Shown here: positions 29,281-42,493 of the stretch, one piece after another
How positions within the stretch are numbered: position 1 is the stretch's first letter
Layout of the letters: each line of letters starts with the position of its first letter
DNA from: Octopus vulgaris
Lineage: Eukaryota
DNA: 64,000 nucleotides
Assembly (NCBI GenBank): GCA_951406725.2
Contig: OX597824.1
Location: forward strand, 76,942,001-77,006,000
Direction of reading: 5' to 3'
The notes under the pieces: generated by a model
Database searches by the model: none
What the model was told of the DNA's origin: nothing
What the model saw: only the letters and a program-made list of their open reading frames with translations
Translations under genes and position numbers: made by a program

Positions 29281-29343
29281 GTATAATTTTGATTGCCATG
29301 TCTTTCTATAGGATGTAACTCGTAAAATCATTATATATAATCC

Positions 29344-29448
29344 AGACCTGAAGATTGGCAGTATAGTTGGATTGACATGGTATTGAATTTCGAGACCTTC
29401 TATTTCATCAATACCGATAGATATACTGTCATGAAACACGCATAGTCT
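29344..29448 (+). ncRNA. Type I hammerhead ribozyme with long stem II and decayed stem III
   Basis: AGAC CUGAAGA UUGGCAGUAUA...(inner GGUAUUGA/UCAAUACC)...UAUACUGUCAU GAAA CACGCA UA GUCU. Stem III ACACGCAU equals the palindrome ACGCGCGU after two CpG to CpA changes. Confidence 0.65.
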
Positions 29449-29754
29449 ATATAATTTAATATATGATTCAGAATAGTAATTGTAGATATTAATTTTGATT
29501 AAATTTAATCTTGTATATCTCTAGCATAGATAATGTCATTCAATGTGGAATGAGTTGCTTGAAGGTGGTTCTGTCTCTTAAACTTATCTATATATATATG
29601 TATATAATACAGCGAGAAATTCATTTTAGTACCGCTAAATTGAATTTTTCTCCCCTGAGGACTTGGAAATAACTTCCCTAATATTAATAATATATACATA
29701 TATATATGTATATATTTAAAAAAGGAGATGTGGAACACGAGTTGTGATATATAA

Positions 29755-29936
29755 AAAAGGAAATGAAGAAAATGCTGACAAAATAATTTAAGTAATTTAA
29801 GTAATTTAATTAGGTGAAAGTTCTTTTTACCGGTTGCGCATTTGTTATGTTTAAATGCGCAACCGGTAAAAAGAACTTTCACCTAATTAAATTACTTAAA
29901 TTACTTAAATTATTTTGTCAGCATTTTCTTCATTTC

Positions 29937-29941
<5 letters not shown>
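29755..29941. repeat. Perfect DNA foldback with 89-bp arms and 9-nt spacer
   Basis: 29755-29843 is the reverse complement of 29853-29941; the spacer is gttatgttt; it abuts (TA)n. Confidence 0.95.
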
Positions 29942-29983
<42 letters not shown>

Positions 29984-30055
29984 GAGTAAACACATAAATG
30001 TGAAACAAGGTGGTAAAAAAGAGTACTCAAATACCAGTGGTAAAGTAATATGCTC

Positions 30056-30172
30056 TATTTAAAGCAGCAGAAAATTCTACAAAACCTGTTACTCTGAGTT
30101 TCGTGTTGCCATTCATCGGCAACGCGAAACTCAGAGTAACAGGTTTTGTAGAAGTTTCTGCTGCTTTAAATA
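30056..30172. repeat. Near-perfect DNA foldback with 55-bp arms and 7-nt spacer
   Basis: 30056-30110 versus 30118-30172 with two mismatches; the spacer is attcatc; it lies between TA tracts. Confidence 0.9.
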
Positions 30173-30781
30173 AAGTATATATATATATTTAAAGCAATCT
30201 TTATATCCAACTGAATGTCAATGCTTTGTTGGGGTGTGTTGAATACTACAGCATTCCCCTTGAGAGGACCTCTCATATGGATACATGATGCATAAAAACA
30301 TACATAATACATATATCAATGACAGGCAAGAATCCTCTCCTATGGATGCCAGAACCGCCACACACACATACACACACACATTCTTTTATTTTTTAATTTG
30401 TTTCAGTCATTTGACTGCAGCCATACTAGACCACAACCTTAAGGGGGTTTACCTGAACAAATCGCACCCCACCCAAGATTTATTCTTTGTAAGCCTAGTA
30501 CTTATTCTATCAGTCTCTTTTGCTGAACCATTAAGTTACAGGGATGTAAAAACACCAATATCAGTCGAAGTCTAATGCAAGAAATGACAAAACCTATGAG
30601 GACAGTATAGCAGACTGATTTTGATAGAGGCCGAGATACTCTTATCCGCTTTCACTTTTTCCTCATCACAACAAGCCATCCTACTTCTCTTTCATTCGTC
30701 CTATTCCCATAGCCTTTCCATGATTCTCATGCATTGCACATGTGTTTTGTTTTATTCCTTCCAAGACCACAACTGCTGAAA

Positions 30782-31120
30782 CCCCCTTCGGTCATGACTG
30801 ACCATGGGATTGCGCCTAGAAAGTTACCCTCCCAGCCACAAATCCGGGCAAGGTTGTTTATGGAAGACCAGCAGTCGCCCATGCATACCGGCCTCCCCTC
30901 TCCATGCCACCAGTGTTATCCAAGGGAAAGGCAAGGGGGCCAATACACCTTGGCACCTGTGACATCGCAACTCATTTCTACAGCTGAGTGAACTGGAGCA
31001 ACGTGAAATAAAGTGTCTTACTCAAGAACACAACACGCAGCCTGGTCCAGGATTCGAACTCACAACCTCACGATCGATCGTAAGCTTGATGCTCTAACCA
31101 CTGAGTCATGTGCCTTCACA
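30782..31120 (-). mobile_element. tRNA-derived SINE, family C
   Basis: The minus-strand head has tcagtggttagagca (A box) and gagttcgaatcc (B box), then tgtgttcttgagtaagacact. A forward homologue lies at about 33020-33325, with related heads near 1694, 37300-37397 and 49915-50017. Confidence 0.75.
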
Positions 31121-33570
31121 ATACCACAACTAGACTTTTACAAAACAAGACTAATATATAGGCCATGAAACTGAAGTACATTTGAAAAAGTACATTTGCC
31201 TTATTGTTAAGATGTCATCTAGTTCATTATTATTATTATCATTAGCACAATCATTGTTGTTGTTGCTGTTTTCGCAACCAATTTCAAAGAGATATATCAG
31301 CTGCTGCAATTGTTTCAATTCTTTGATGTAAATGAAGCAGTCATTGGTACAACATATGTAACTCTTTGGCAGATTTCAGTTCTGTCTGTATCTTAGAGGA
31401 CACACACACACACACACACGCATGCGCACACACAGACCCACAGATACACACACACACACAAAATATTTTTCATTTATTTTGTTCCTGTACTAACAAACAT
31501 CAGACAGCCTATACATTATTCCCAATACAGGCATTTTCATTTGATAAATGGATTGCAATTAATTATATCTGACACTCAAATCATTAGTATTTTAATTTGT
31601 TGCCATTATATTAAACATAATGTTTTAATGAATATGTAGTCTTTTATGTAAAGAGAGTAAAATGTGATTTCGAGGGAGATTTGGGTGCTATTTCTAATAG
31701 GGTGAGGGATAGTACAGGAGCCCCTCCCACACTGAAAGATAACTGAACAATATTATAGTAGAACAATATCACAGCAGCCTCAATACTTTTGTTAGTGCCA
31801 GCATTGGTGGAATTACCATATTCATACACATGCATACACACACAGTCACACACGCACATATACGCATACATGATATACATAAGCGTGTACATATATGCGC
31901 ACGTGCATGTATCATTCATCATCATCATCATCATCATCACTGTTTTTAGGGTCTGCTTTTCTATACAATTACGTTGGTCAGACAGAATTCATTGAGGAAG
32001 ATTTTTTTTTTTTGCAGCTGGATACTTTTCCTGTCTCTAACCCTCACACATTTCTATGGTGGCACGTAAAAGCACCCACTACACTCTCGGAGTGGTTGGC
32101 ATTAGGAAGGGCATCCAGCTGTAAAAACTCTACCAGAGTAAGATTGGAGCCTGGTGCAGCCATCTGGTTCACCAGTCCTCAGTCAAATTGCCCAACCCAT
32201 GCTAGCATGGAAAGCAGACATTAAGCAATGATGATGATATATATATACGTATACATACATACATATATACACACACACACACACATATATATATTATATA
32301 GATATGCTGCCTGAGGATTCTTTATTACTGTTTAATGCAAGGTTAGTAGAGATTGTGTGGTGATGCAGGGTGGATCTCTATCAGGTGTTCTATCGAATGA
32401 TTTCATCTGCTGTTAGTGGTTGAGTATTCCATAGATCCATAATGTAAACATCATCCAGTCAGAATCAGCATGACAATGAATGGTGAAGCTCTACCTTTTG
32501 CATTACAGATTCAATCCGCTTAATGAAACAGTTTCCAATTTCACCCAAAAGATATGGGCCAACCCCAGGCTTATAGAAAATGACATTTACCCAAGATGCC
32601 ACAAGACAGTATCGAACCCAGGAACTTGGGGTTGTGAAATGAACTTCTTGAACATTTGGCCATTTTGTGCTTACAGGTTGTGGAGATAGATAGATAGATA
32701 GATCTGCGATTTAACATATAGCAACCCTGATCATTTTATCCTTCATTACAGGCAAAATGTATCCTAACCACTTCTTTTCACATTGCTCTCGTTAACTCAG
32801 CTGCAAAAGGGTATCATTGTGATAAATTGGCTTTCAAAGGTGAGACGATGACTCATTAAAAAAAATCACCTAAGCAGAAGTCTTTTGAGCTATGTTTTAT
32901 ATTCAGCGATCAAAAGCTGAATAGTATTTCTCACAATGCAAATCTCTACTGGGATTAGTTGTTCAACCACATTGAACAATGAATGAATCAATGTATCTAG
33001 GACTATAAAAATGTGTCCCGAATGGCTCAGTGGTTATAGCATCAGGCGTACAATTATGAGGTCGTGAGTTCATTTCTTGACCTAGCTGTGTGTTATGTTC
33101 TTGAGCAAGACACTTTATTTAACATTGCTCCAGTTCATTCAACTGTAGAAATGAGTTGTGATGTCACTGATGTCAAACTGTATCGGCCTTTGCCTTTCTC
33201 TTGGATAATATCGGTGGTGTGGAGACGGAAGACTGGTATGCATGGGCAACTGTTGGGCTTCCATAAGCAACCTTGCCTGGACGTGAACTTTCACATCATC
33301 ATTCATGATAGAAAGAGATCTTTGCCCTTTACATATTTTAAGACATTAAGGTATGACTGTGGCACAGCTAGAGTGCGTACTGCATGGAACAGCCCCTGAG
33401 TTTACCCCCCCCCCCCCGCCATACCAAACTTTTTTGCCCCAAGCTTATACAGGTCTACACAGCAGACCTAGAAACATTGGACCCCAGAATAGCAGTCAAC
33501 TAGGGTGACACACTCCTACTTCATCTATGCTAATAGGGTGTGATTTCAGGGAGATTTAGTTGCTTTGTCT

Positions 33571-34238
33571 AGTTTGTAGTTGTTGGTGTTCTCCGTGGCA
33601 GTGATATTAATGCTTTCATTACCAACCCGGCTGAAACTGGGTCTGGCTCTGAGTACAGCTGTCTTGTTTCCATAAGTTTTAAATTAAAATCTTCCACCAA
33701 ACTTTAGTTGCAATTTATGTTCCTAGCACTAGCTAAGTTATTTTGCTAAATTCTTAAAGAAACACACAGCATCTCAAAATAAATACAGTAACAAAAGGGT
33801 TACCGATGGTGCTGAAGAAGATAGGGAGGTAGCAGAGGTGTAGATTGTGGAGTGGTGATGGGGCAGGTAGGGGAGGAAACGGAGACATGGATAGATTTTT
33901 AGTTCTTGTTGTTCTCTGTGGTAGTGATATTCACCCCTTTGTTACCAACCTGGTTGAAACTGGCTCTGGCTCTGAGTACAAATGTCTTGTTTTCATAAGT
34001 TTTGAATTAAAATCTTCCACCAAACTTTAGTCGCAATTTGTGTTCGTAACACTAGCTAAGTTATTTTGCTAAATTCTTTGTTATATTTAAAGTAATTGAA
34101 AGAAACACAGAACATCTCAAAATAAATACAGTAACGAAAAGGTTAACGATGATGCTGAAGAAGGTAGGGTGGGAGTAGAGGTGTAGACTGTGGAGTGGTG
34201 ATGGGGCAGGTAGAGGTGGAAACGGAGGCATGGATAGA
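33571..34238 (+). repeat. Local tandem duplication (~330 bp twice) containing a decayed piggyBac-like MITE
   Basis: About 33571-33896 versus 33897-34238; the MITE ends read ccctttgttac...gtaac.aaagggtta. Confidence 0.75.
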
Positions 34239-35148
34239 TGTGGTAGACATGTGGACAGTATTAGTGGTAGTGTTGGAGGTGATGGTCTTGGAGGAGTTGA
34301 TAGTGGTAGCATTGGTGTTGGATGTGTGGACAGTGATGGTGAGGGGGTGTGAATAGAAGCAGTGGGGGTGGCAGCATGGACAGTGGAGTGAGTGGGGGTG
34401 GGATATGGTTAGTAGTGGTGGTGGTGGTGGTGGTTGTGGTGCCAGACTGAAGCTAGTGGTGCTGTGTTGAGCAGTGGGGATGTAATGGTTGCGGGGAGGG
34501 GGGGACAATGGTTATTGTATGACTACTAATGGTGTTAAGGTGTAAGAAGTGAGTGTTGTTATTACTAATTTGTTTATTGTAGCATTTCATTCCTTTTGTG
34601 CGTGTGGCTGTGTACATACATGCATACATATATATGTATACACACGCACACAAACACCCACAAATATACACAAACACACAGACAGACACATTTATATATA
34701 TATATATATGCATATATATACATATATACATATATACATATATATATATATACATATATATACATATATATATACACATATATATGTACACATATATATA
34801 TATACATATACATATATACATATACATATATATATATACATATATATACATATATATATATACATATATATATATATGTCTTTATTTATTTTTCTTGTTA
34901 CAATTTATCCCTGGGGCAGCCTTGTAAATACACACAAACAAAACTTTCATTCAAACTTATATACTTTGGCAAATTGCCATGACAAATTATACATGAATAT
35001 GTTTGTCTTTTGTTAACTATTATACTCTTGTTTGTGTGCATGTATGTATGTATGTATGTATATACACATACATAAATATATATATATAGACACACACACA
35101 GATATATGCACATACCTATACACACATATGCACACACATATATACGTG

Positions 35149-35184
<36 letters not shown>

Positions 35185-35286
35185 ATATCAACATCATGTA
35201 TATGTATATGTGAGTGTAGAATGTTGTTTTCGTTGTTGAGTTTCTTTGTGCTATCAATTATTTGTACATACATTCACACACACACA

Positions 35287-35326
<40 letters not shown>

Positions 35327-35517
35327 CATGCACAAAGAGAAACCTCATATGTGTATAAAGCACACATGGAAACCCAACAGAAACACATTAGTATATACAA
35401 CATCCACACCTCCACACACATCATACAAACAAACATACACACACAATTCTGTGTAGGCAAAATCTTCCATTCTCTCACACAACAAACATTACCGTAAAGG
35501 TATATTGATGGAATACA

Positions 35518-35646
35518 TTTTAGTTTTCAGACAATACATTTACATATGTGAACAGGAAAAGATATATATATATATATATATACGTTTACATATGTGAACA
35601 GGCAAATATATATATATAAATATGTACGTTTACATATGTGAACAGG

Positions 35647-35682
<36 letters not shown>

Positions 35683-35730
35683 CATATAACAGGCAAATAT
35701 ATATATATATATATAACAGGTAAATATATA
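35518..35730 (+). repeat. Minisatellite of tttacatat(gtg)aacaggcaaa alternating with variable (TA)n
   Basis: About five copies. Confidence 0.75.
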
Positions 35731-35989
35731 TATATATATATATATATACTTGTGCGTGTATACTTAAGCAGAGTTTCCAGTCCATATATAGCTTTAACAA
35801 CAAACTATACTTGATTTTCACAGAAGTGCATTATTTAATCTCTACACACCCCAAACACTTGAGGATACTTAAATATTTCTTAATCATAGGTGTCAGGCAT
35901 GGCTGCATGGTAAGAAGTTTGCTTCCCAACGGCATGGTTCTGGGTTCAGTCCCACTGCACAGTTTGGCACCTTGTGCTGACACACATCA

Positions 35990-36330
35990 TCATCATCGTT
36001 TAACGTCTGCTTTCCATGGACAATTTGATTGAGGACTGGTGAATCAGATAGCTGCACCAGGCTCCAATCTGATCTGGCAGAGTTTCTACAGCTGGATGCC
36101 CTTACTAATGCCAACCACTACAATAGTGTAGTAGGAGCTTTTACATGCCACTGGCACGAGGGCCAGTCAAGCAACACTGGTAATGATCACGTATGAGTGG
36201 TGCTTTTTACGTGCCACCCACTCAGAATCCAGTTTGCTGCTCTGGCAACGATCACGCTCGGATGGTGCTCTTAGCACTCCACAAGCACGGCTGCCAGTCA
36301 TTGAATTTGATTTCGATTTTGATTTCATTT
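35990..36330 (-). mobile_element. Interspersed repeat with AAGGGCATCCAGCTGT motif and (GAT)n tail, probably an RTE-dependent SINE
   Basis: Homologues at about 1-140, 3425-3570, 7230-7380, 13270-13495, 32050-32238 and 37820-37950. Confidence 0.65.
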
Positions 36331-36484
36331 GCCTCAACAGGTCTTCGCAATGAAGGAAAGGTATGCATAAGTGGGCTGGTTACACCCCTGGCATAGGCCA
36401 CGAGGTTAGGATCTCACTTGGCTTGCCGGGTCTTCTCAAGCTCGAAAGATAAATAGACAGACAACAGACAATGTACTTTGTAAA

Positions 36485-37055
36485 AGCCTTGTGAGTAGAT
36501 TTGGTAGATGGAAACTGAAGGAAGCCAGTCATATAAACATGTGTGTGTGTGTATTTGTGTGCCTTTGTGTCTGTGTTTGTACCCCACCAATGCTTGACAG
36601 TCAGTATTGGCAAGTTTATGTACATCCCTCTTACATAGTGGTTCGGCAAAAGAGACCAATAGAATAAGTATTGGGTTTAAAAAGAAACGATTATTGGGGT
36701 CAATTCATTCATTAGACTGTGGCCATTCTGGGGCACTGCCTTAAAAGACTTTAGTTGATTAAATTGACCCCAGTTGCTCTCTTTTGCCAAACTGCTAAGT
36801 TACAAGGATGTAAACACACTAACATTGGTTGACGAGTGATTGTGAGGCACAAACAGAGGCATAAAGACACAAACAGGCACAAACATGCACATATATACAA
36901 CAGGTTCTTTTACTTTCCATCTACCAAATCCACCCACAAGGCTTTGGTTGACCCAAGCTTTTAGTAAAAGACACTTACTCAAGGCGCTACGCAGTGGGAC
37001 TGAACCCAGAACCATGTGGTTGGGTAAGCAAACTGATTATCACATAGCCATGCCA
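36485..37055. mobile_element. Two decayed SINE family A copies in opposite orientation
   Basis: A plus copy at about 36485-36710 is followed by a minus copy at about 36715-37055. Confidence 0.7.
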
Positions 37056-37424
37056 TATATATTATATATTATATATAATGGACTCTCTTGTCATCAGACG
37101 ACGTATGAAGGTTTGACAATTTCTTACCGAAAAAACCACCCAGATGATTTCTTTATAGTAATCAAATGTTTTTGCAGACACAAGCTCACTCTTTCCATTG
37201 CTCATACTTGCCATGAAATTGACATTACCTGTACAGGTGTAATGGGTGCCACATGTCAGATGTCGAAATGATCGTAGAGCAACATAAAACACAGAGCTTT
37301 GCTCAAGGACACAACGCAATGCCTGGTCTGGGAATTGAACCCATGATCTCACAATTGTGAGTGAAACACCCTAACCATTAAGCCATGTGGCTTCACAATA
37401 TATTTATATATATATATTATATAT

Positions 37425-37665
37425 TTCAATAGGTGAATGAATTATCCTATGTTTACCATTAACATGGAAAATTATATTTTTTATCATGTAGGCAGTCATC
37501 GTAATTATTATAATGTCTTGTTGTTGAGAGAGGCTCTCTTTCTTTCCTGATGAGAAGATTGCATTTTACACCATTTATTCCTTTGGAATAAAACCATGTT
37601 GTCTTCGAAACATATGTCGAAAGTAAAAGAATTTTATTAACATCTTCGTTCAACTCCATTTATTT
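37425..37665 (+). mobile_element. Short non-autonomous hammerhead-carrying element in a (TA)n tract, Penelope-like/retrozyme-like
   Basis: About 240 bp of complex sequence between TA-rich tracts, containing the hammerhead. Its two ends (aataggtg.atgaattatcctatgttta and tcttcgttcaactccatt) recur joined together at about 49095-49148. Confidence 0.6.
37542..37623 (+). ncRNA. Type I hammerhead ribozyme with canonical core
   Basis: Stem I CUUUC (37542-46)/GAAAG (37619-23); CUGAUGA 37547-53; stem II GAAGAU/GUCUUC with inner hairpin UUUAUUCC-UUU-GGAAUAAA; GAAA 37607-10; palindromic stem III ACAUAUGU; GUC triplet 37616-18. Confidence 0.85.
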
Positions 37666-37951
37666 ATTTATTCATATATATATATTATATATATTTTATG
37701 TATACATTTATATACATATATATCATATACGTTATGTATATATATATATATATATACATTATATATATTATATATATATTTATTATATATATTATATATA
37801 ACATCATCATCATCATCATTGTTTAATGTTCGTTTTCCATGCTACCATGGGTTAGATGGTTCGACTGGAGTCTGGGAAGCCAGGAGGTTGCACCTGGCAC
37901 CAGTATGATCTGGCAGTATTTCTACAGCTGGATGCCCTTCCGTGAGTGTAG

Positions 37952-37991
<40 letters not shown>

Positions 37992-37992
37992 T

Positions 37993-38062
<70 letters not shown>

Positions 38063-38073
38063 ATATCTATCTA

Positions 38074-38111
<38 letters not shown>

Positions 38112-38235
38112 CAGAGAGAGAGAGAGAAAGAGAAGGAGAGAGAGAGAGAGAAAGGGAAGTGAATGAGTATAAATCATTGGCACGACAGTTTGCAATGTTT
38201 TTGTAAATCCAATTTTACAGAAACTGAGGTGTTTC

Positions 38236-38311
<76 letters not shown>

Positions 38312-38452
38312 TCTTCATTCATATAAGCTATCAGTATTAGAAGCAGTAAACACATAGCCTAAAACTCTCAGGAAAATCTTTCAAATATATTTTTTTTTCC
38401 ATATTTACAAATAACACTAGTAAATATATGCACAGTTCTTATATTTACATAC

Positions 38453-38514
<62 letters not shown>

Positions 38515-38938
38515 AGACAAATGTGTGTGTGTGTGTGTGTACATGCATGAATTTGTGTCTGTACAGACACACACATACACACAAGAGCACTGTTTAAGTA
38601 AACATGTTTCCTGGGAACACTAATTGAAGCTGGGCTGCTCTCTTATCAAAATGATTGTTAAAAAAATAGTCCGAAAAATATTGGCAGATGAATTTGTTTA
38701 TATTTAACTATGAATATTTTGTTTGTGGCTTTATGTGCTGTACACATATATATACACACATTCAACATGCATACCAAGACACAGGAATACTTATTATTAT
38801 ATACAAATATATATACATACACATACAAAAACAGGTATAAATACTACATACATATACAAGGACATTGTATGAAAGTGTGTAAAACTTTTCACATACATAC
38901 ATACACAAATATATCTATATATCTATCAATCTATCTAT

Positions 38939-39016
<78 letters not shown>

Positions 39017-39195
39017 CTTTCTCTCTATATATATATTTATATATATATATATATCCATATAACTATAAATATTTATATACATATATCCATATATCTATAT
39101 CTATATATATCTATCTATATATATATATCTTTCTCTCTCTCTCTCTCACTCTATATATATATATATATATCTATCTATCTATATATATATATCTT

Positions 39196-39268
<73 letters not shown>

Positions 39269-39525
39269 TTATACAGTTGTTTCGAAAAAATATTGAGGTA
39301 GGTTATCTGGAGATTATTAAATGTGTGTGCGTGCACAAACCTTCACAGATACATATTTACTGTTGTAGCTGAACATGAAGAGCATCAGGTAGTGGAAAAA
39401 ATGTCTTAAAGAATTCCTCCTGATCCATGCAAGCATGCAAAAGTGGACGTTACAATGATGGTGATAATGATGATGGTATATATACATATATACATAATGA
39501 TGGTATATATATATATATACATACA

Positions 39526-39760
39526 GGCGGTGAGCTGGCAGAAACGTTAGCACGCCGGACGAAATGCTTAGCGGTGTTTCGTCTGCCGTTACGTTGTGAG
39601 TTCAAATTCCGCCAAGGTCGACTTTGCCTTTCATCCTTTCGGGATCGATAAATTAAGTACCAGTTACGCACTGGGGTTGATGTAATCGACTTAATACCTA
39701 TGTCTGTCCTTGTTTGTCCCCTCTGTGTTTAGCCCCTTGTGGTTAATAAAGAAATAGGTA
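39526..39760 (+). mobile_element. tRNA-derived SINE, family B
   Basis: gagctggcagaaacgttagca (A box) ... gagttcaaattcc (B box) ... aaagaaatagg tail. Confidence 0.85.
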
Positions 39761-39850
39761 TATATATATATACATACAATTTAGTATATGCATACACATA
39801 TTCAGTTATATATATGCCAGCATATATGTATATATGTACATATATACAAG

Positions 39851-39882
<32 letters not shown>

Positions 39883-40124
39883 TATATACATATGTGTATA
39901 TATATATGTGTATATGGCCTGCTCGCTTAGCCAGTGGGGTGGCGTCATTTGAAGGCTAAAAACAATGCAAAGCACATTGTGACCAGTGATGTGTAGCACC
40001 ATCTGATAGCCTGGTCGGTCACGGTGATCACGGTAGTATGTGTATATACACATATGTATATACATATATGTATATATATACACATAAACACACACACACA
40101 TGTATATATATATATGCATATATG

Positions 40125-40179
<55 letters not shown>

Positions 40180-40687
40180 GACACACACACAGACACACAC
40201 ACATATATACACGTGCGTGTATATTTTTATACATATATGCTTGTATATATATATATATATGTATGTATGTATATGCATATCATCATCATCATCATCATCA
40301 TCGTTTAACGTCCGTTCTCCATGCTAGCATGGGTTATATATATGCATATACATATACATATATATATATGCATGTACATATGCAAATATACATATATGCA
40401 TATATAAATATATATATGTATATATGCATATATATATATGCATGTGTATATATACATATGCATGCATATTTATATATATTTATATATGCATGTATATATG
40501 TATACATATATACATGTATATATGTATATGCATATATAAATATATATATATGCGATATGTCAGCGGTTCTTCAAACTTTATATATATGCATTTGTATGCA
40601 TATATACACATACACACTCATACACACACACACACGCACGTGTGTGTGTCTGTGTGTGAGGGTATGTACGTTTATATATATATATAT

Positions 40688-40754
<67 letters not shown>

Positions 40755-41326
40755 AAGACGTACACATACATCACACATGCATCGACATACAGACGTAGCA
40801 TCCTTGCTCACTCAACAAGAAAATGGAGAGAATGGATATAAAAAAAAAGATAACGTTGTTTAAACATACAGACATAGAGAATTTGTGCATAAGAGAGAAT
40901 GTAAGGAGGAGAGAAAGAAGGAAAGAAAGAAAGAAAAGACAGAGCAACGCGATGTACGTCACTGACGCAAACTCTTTATGCCATAATGGATTTCAAGAGC
41001 ATTGGCCATTTTCTCTTTTAAACGCATTACTATTATTGTTACACGTACGTACAACGTACACACATGCACGTACGTACACACGTCTTAGGGTTCGTATGAT
41101 TGTGTACAGGTAAAATATTCTCTTTTATTCTCTTTTACTTGTTTCAGTCATTCGACTGCGGCCATGCTGGAGAACCACCTTTTAGTCGAGCAAATCAACC
41201 CCAGGACTTACTTATCCTATCGGTCCCTTATGCCGAACCGCTAAGTAACGGGGGATGTAAACACACTAGCATCGGTTGTCAAGCGATGTTGGGGAGACAA
41301 ACTCAGACACACACACACACATATAT

Positions 41327-41392
<66 letters not shown>

Positions 41393-41395
<3 letters not shown>

Positions 41396-41764
41396 GGTCC
41401 CGGTTAATTCGGGGTTAACCACAGTAAGTAAGGTACTCAATACATAGCAGAGTAAAATTAATTTATTATATAGAAGGAGCTTCTACAGGACTAGTACTGT
41501 TTCATTCAAGAGAAATCTTCAGGAAGCTATTTAACAAGAATTGTATTAGCATTTATACATTTAGGCAGGTTTAAAGGAGTGGTGGTGGGGGACTTTTTGG
41601 GGGTAGGCATAGCGCAAAATATCATACTTGGGGAGTGGTCAAGGAGTCAGTGGTAAGTTAGATGAAAGAATAGATAAATAAAAAATTAAAAAATAAAAAA
41701 ATAAAAAATATATATAAAAAAAAATATATATATAAAAAAATATATATATATATATATATATTTG

Positions 41765-41809
<45 letters not shown>

Positions 41810-41910
41810 GTATAAATGATATGATATATATGTAAAAAATGTAATATATAAATAAATATCTGTAAATATAAACCATCCGATCTTCTGATTACCTCATTTC
41901 TTCTAAGATA

Positions 41911-41912
<2 letters not shown>
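41393..41912 (-). mobile_element. Hammerhead-carrying element inserted into the internal (TA)n of a SINE
   Basis: It splits one SINE copy into 41119-41320 and 41969-42132, is flanked by (TA)n on both sides and carries the hammerhead at 41478-41528. Confidence 0.6.
41478..41528 (-). ncRNA. Type I hammerhead ribozyme, near canonical
   Basis: Minus strand reads AGCUUC CUGAAGA UUUC-UCUU-GAAU GAA ACAG-UACUAGUC-CUGU A GAAGCU: 6-bp stem I, intact core, GUA triplet, U.U at 10.1/11.1. Confidence 0.75.
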
Positions 41913-41970
<58 letters not shown>

Positions 41971-42493
41971 GACGGGCTTCTTTCAGTTTCCGTCTACCAA
42001 ATCCACTCACAAGGCTTTGGTTGGCCCGAGGCTATAGTAGAAGACACTTGCCCAAGGTGCCACGCAGTGGGACTGAACCCGGAACCATGTGGTTGGTAAG
42101 CAAGCTACTTACCACACATCCACTCCTGCGCCTATGTAAGTCAATGAAATTCAAACTAGTCTGATATACATACACACATACGCACACAGATGCATAGATG
42201 CTGATGCATCATCGAAAGTGCAACAACTCGTTCGCAATGAAGTATGGGAAATAGCAACAGCTTGCCTCTCTCTGTGTCTATGTATGTATGTATGTTTGTA
42301 TGTATGTATGTATGTATGTATGTATGTATGTATGTATGTATGTATGTATGTATGTATGTATGCATGCATGTACGTGTATGTATGTATGTATGCATGTATG
42401 TTTGCATGTATGTATGTATGTATATATATATATATATATTTATATGTACGGATATAAGTATAGATATATGTATGTATGCATGCGTGTATGTAT

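Larger units (their letters stand above)
41119..42132 (-). mobile_element. SINE family A split by an insertion
   Basis: 3' half at 41119-41320 and 5' half at 41969-42132. Confidence 0.8.

Noticed and set aside
39526-39615. tRNA-like A and B boxes in SINE heads
   Set aside because: No full cloverleaf could be folded and each continues into a SINE body, so none is called a tRNA gene.
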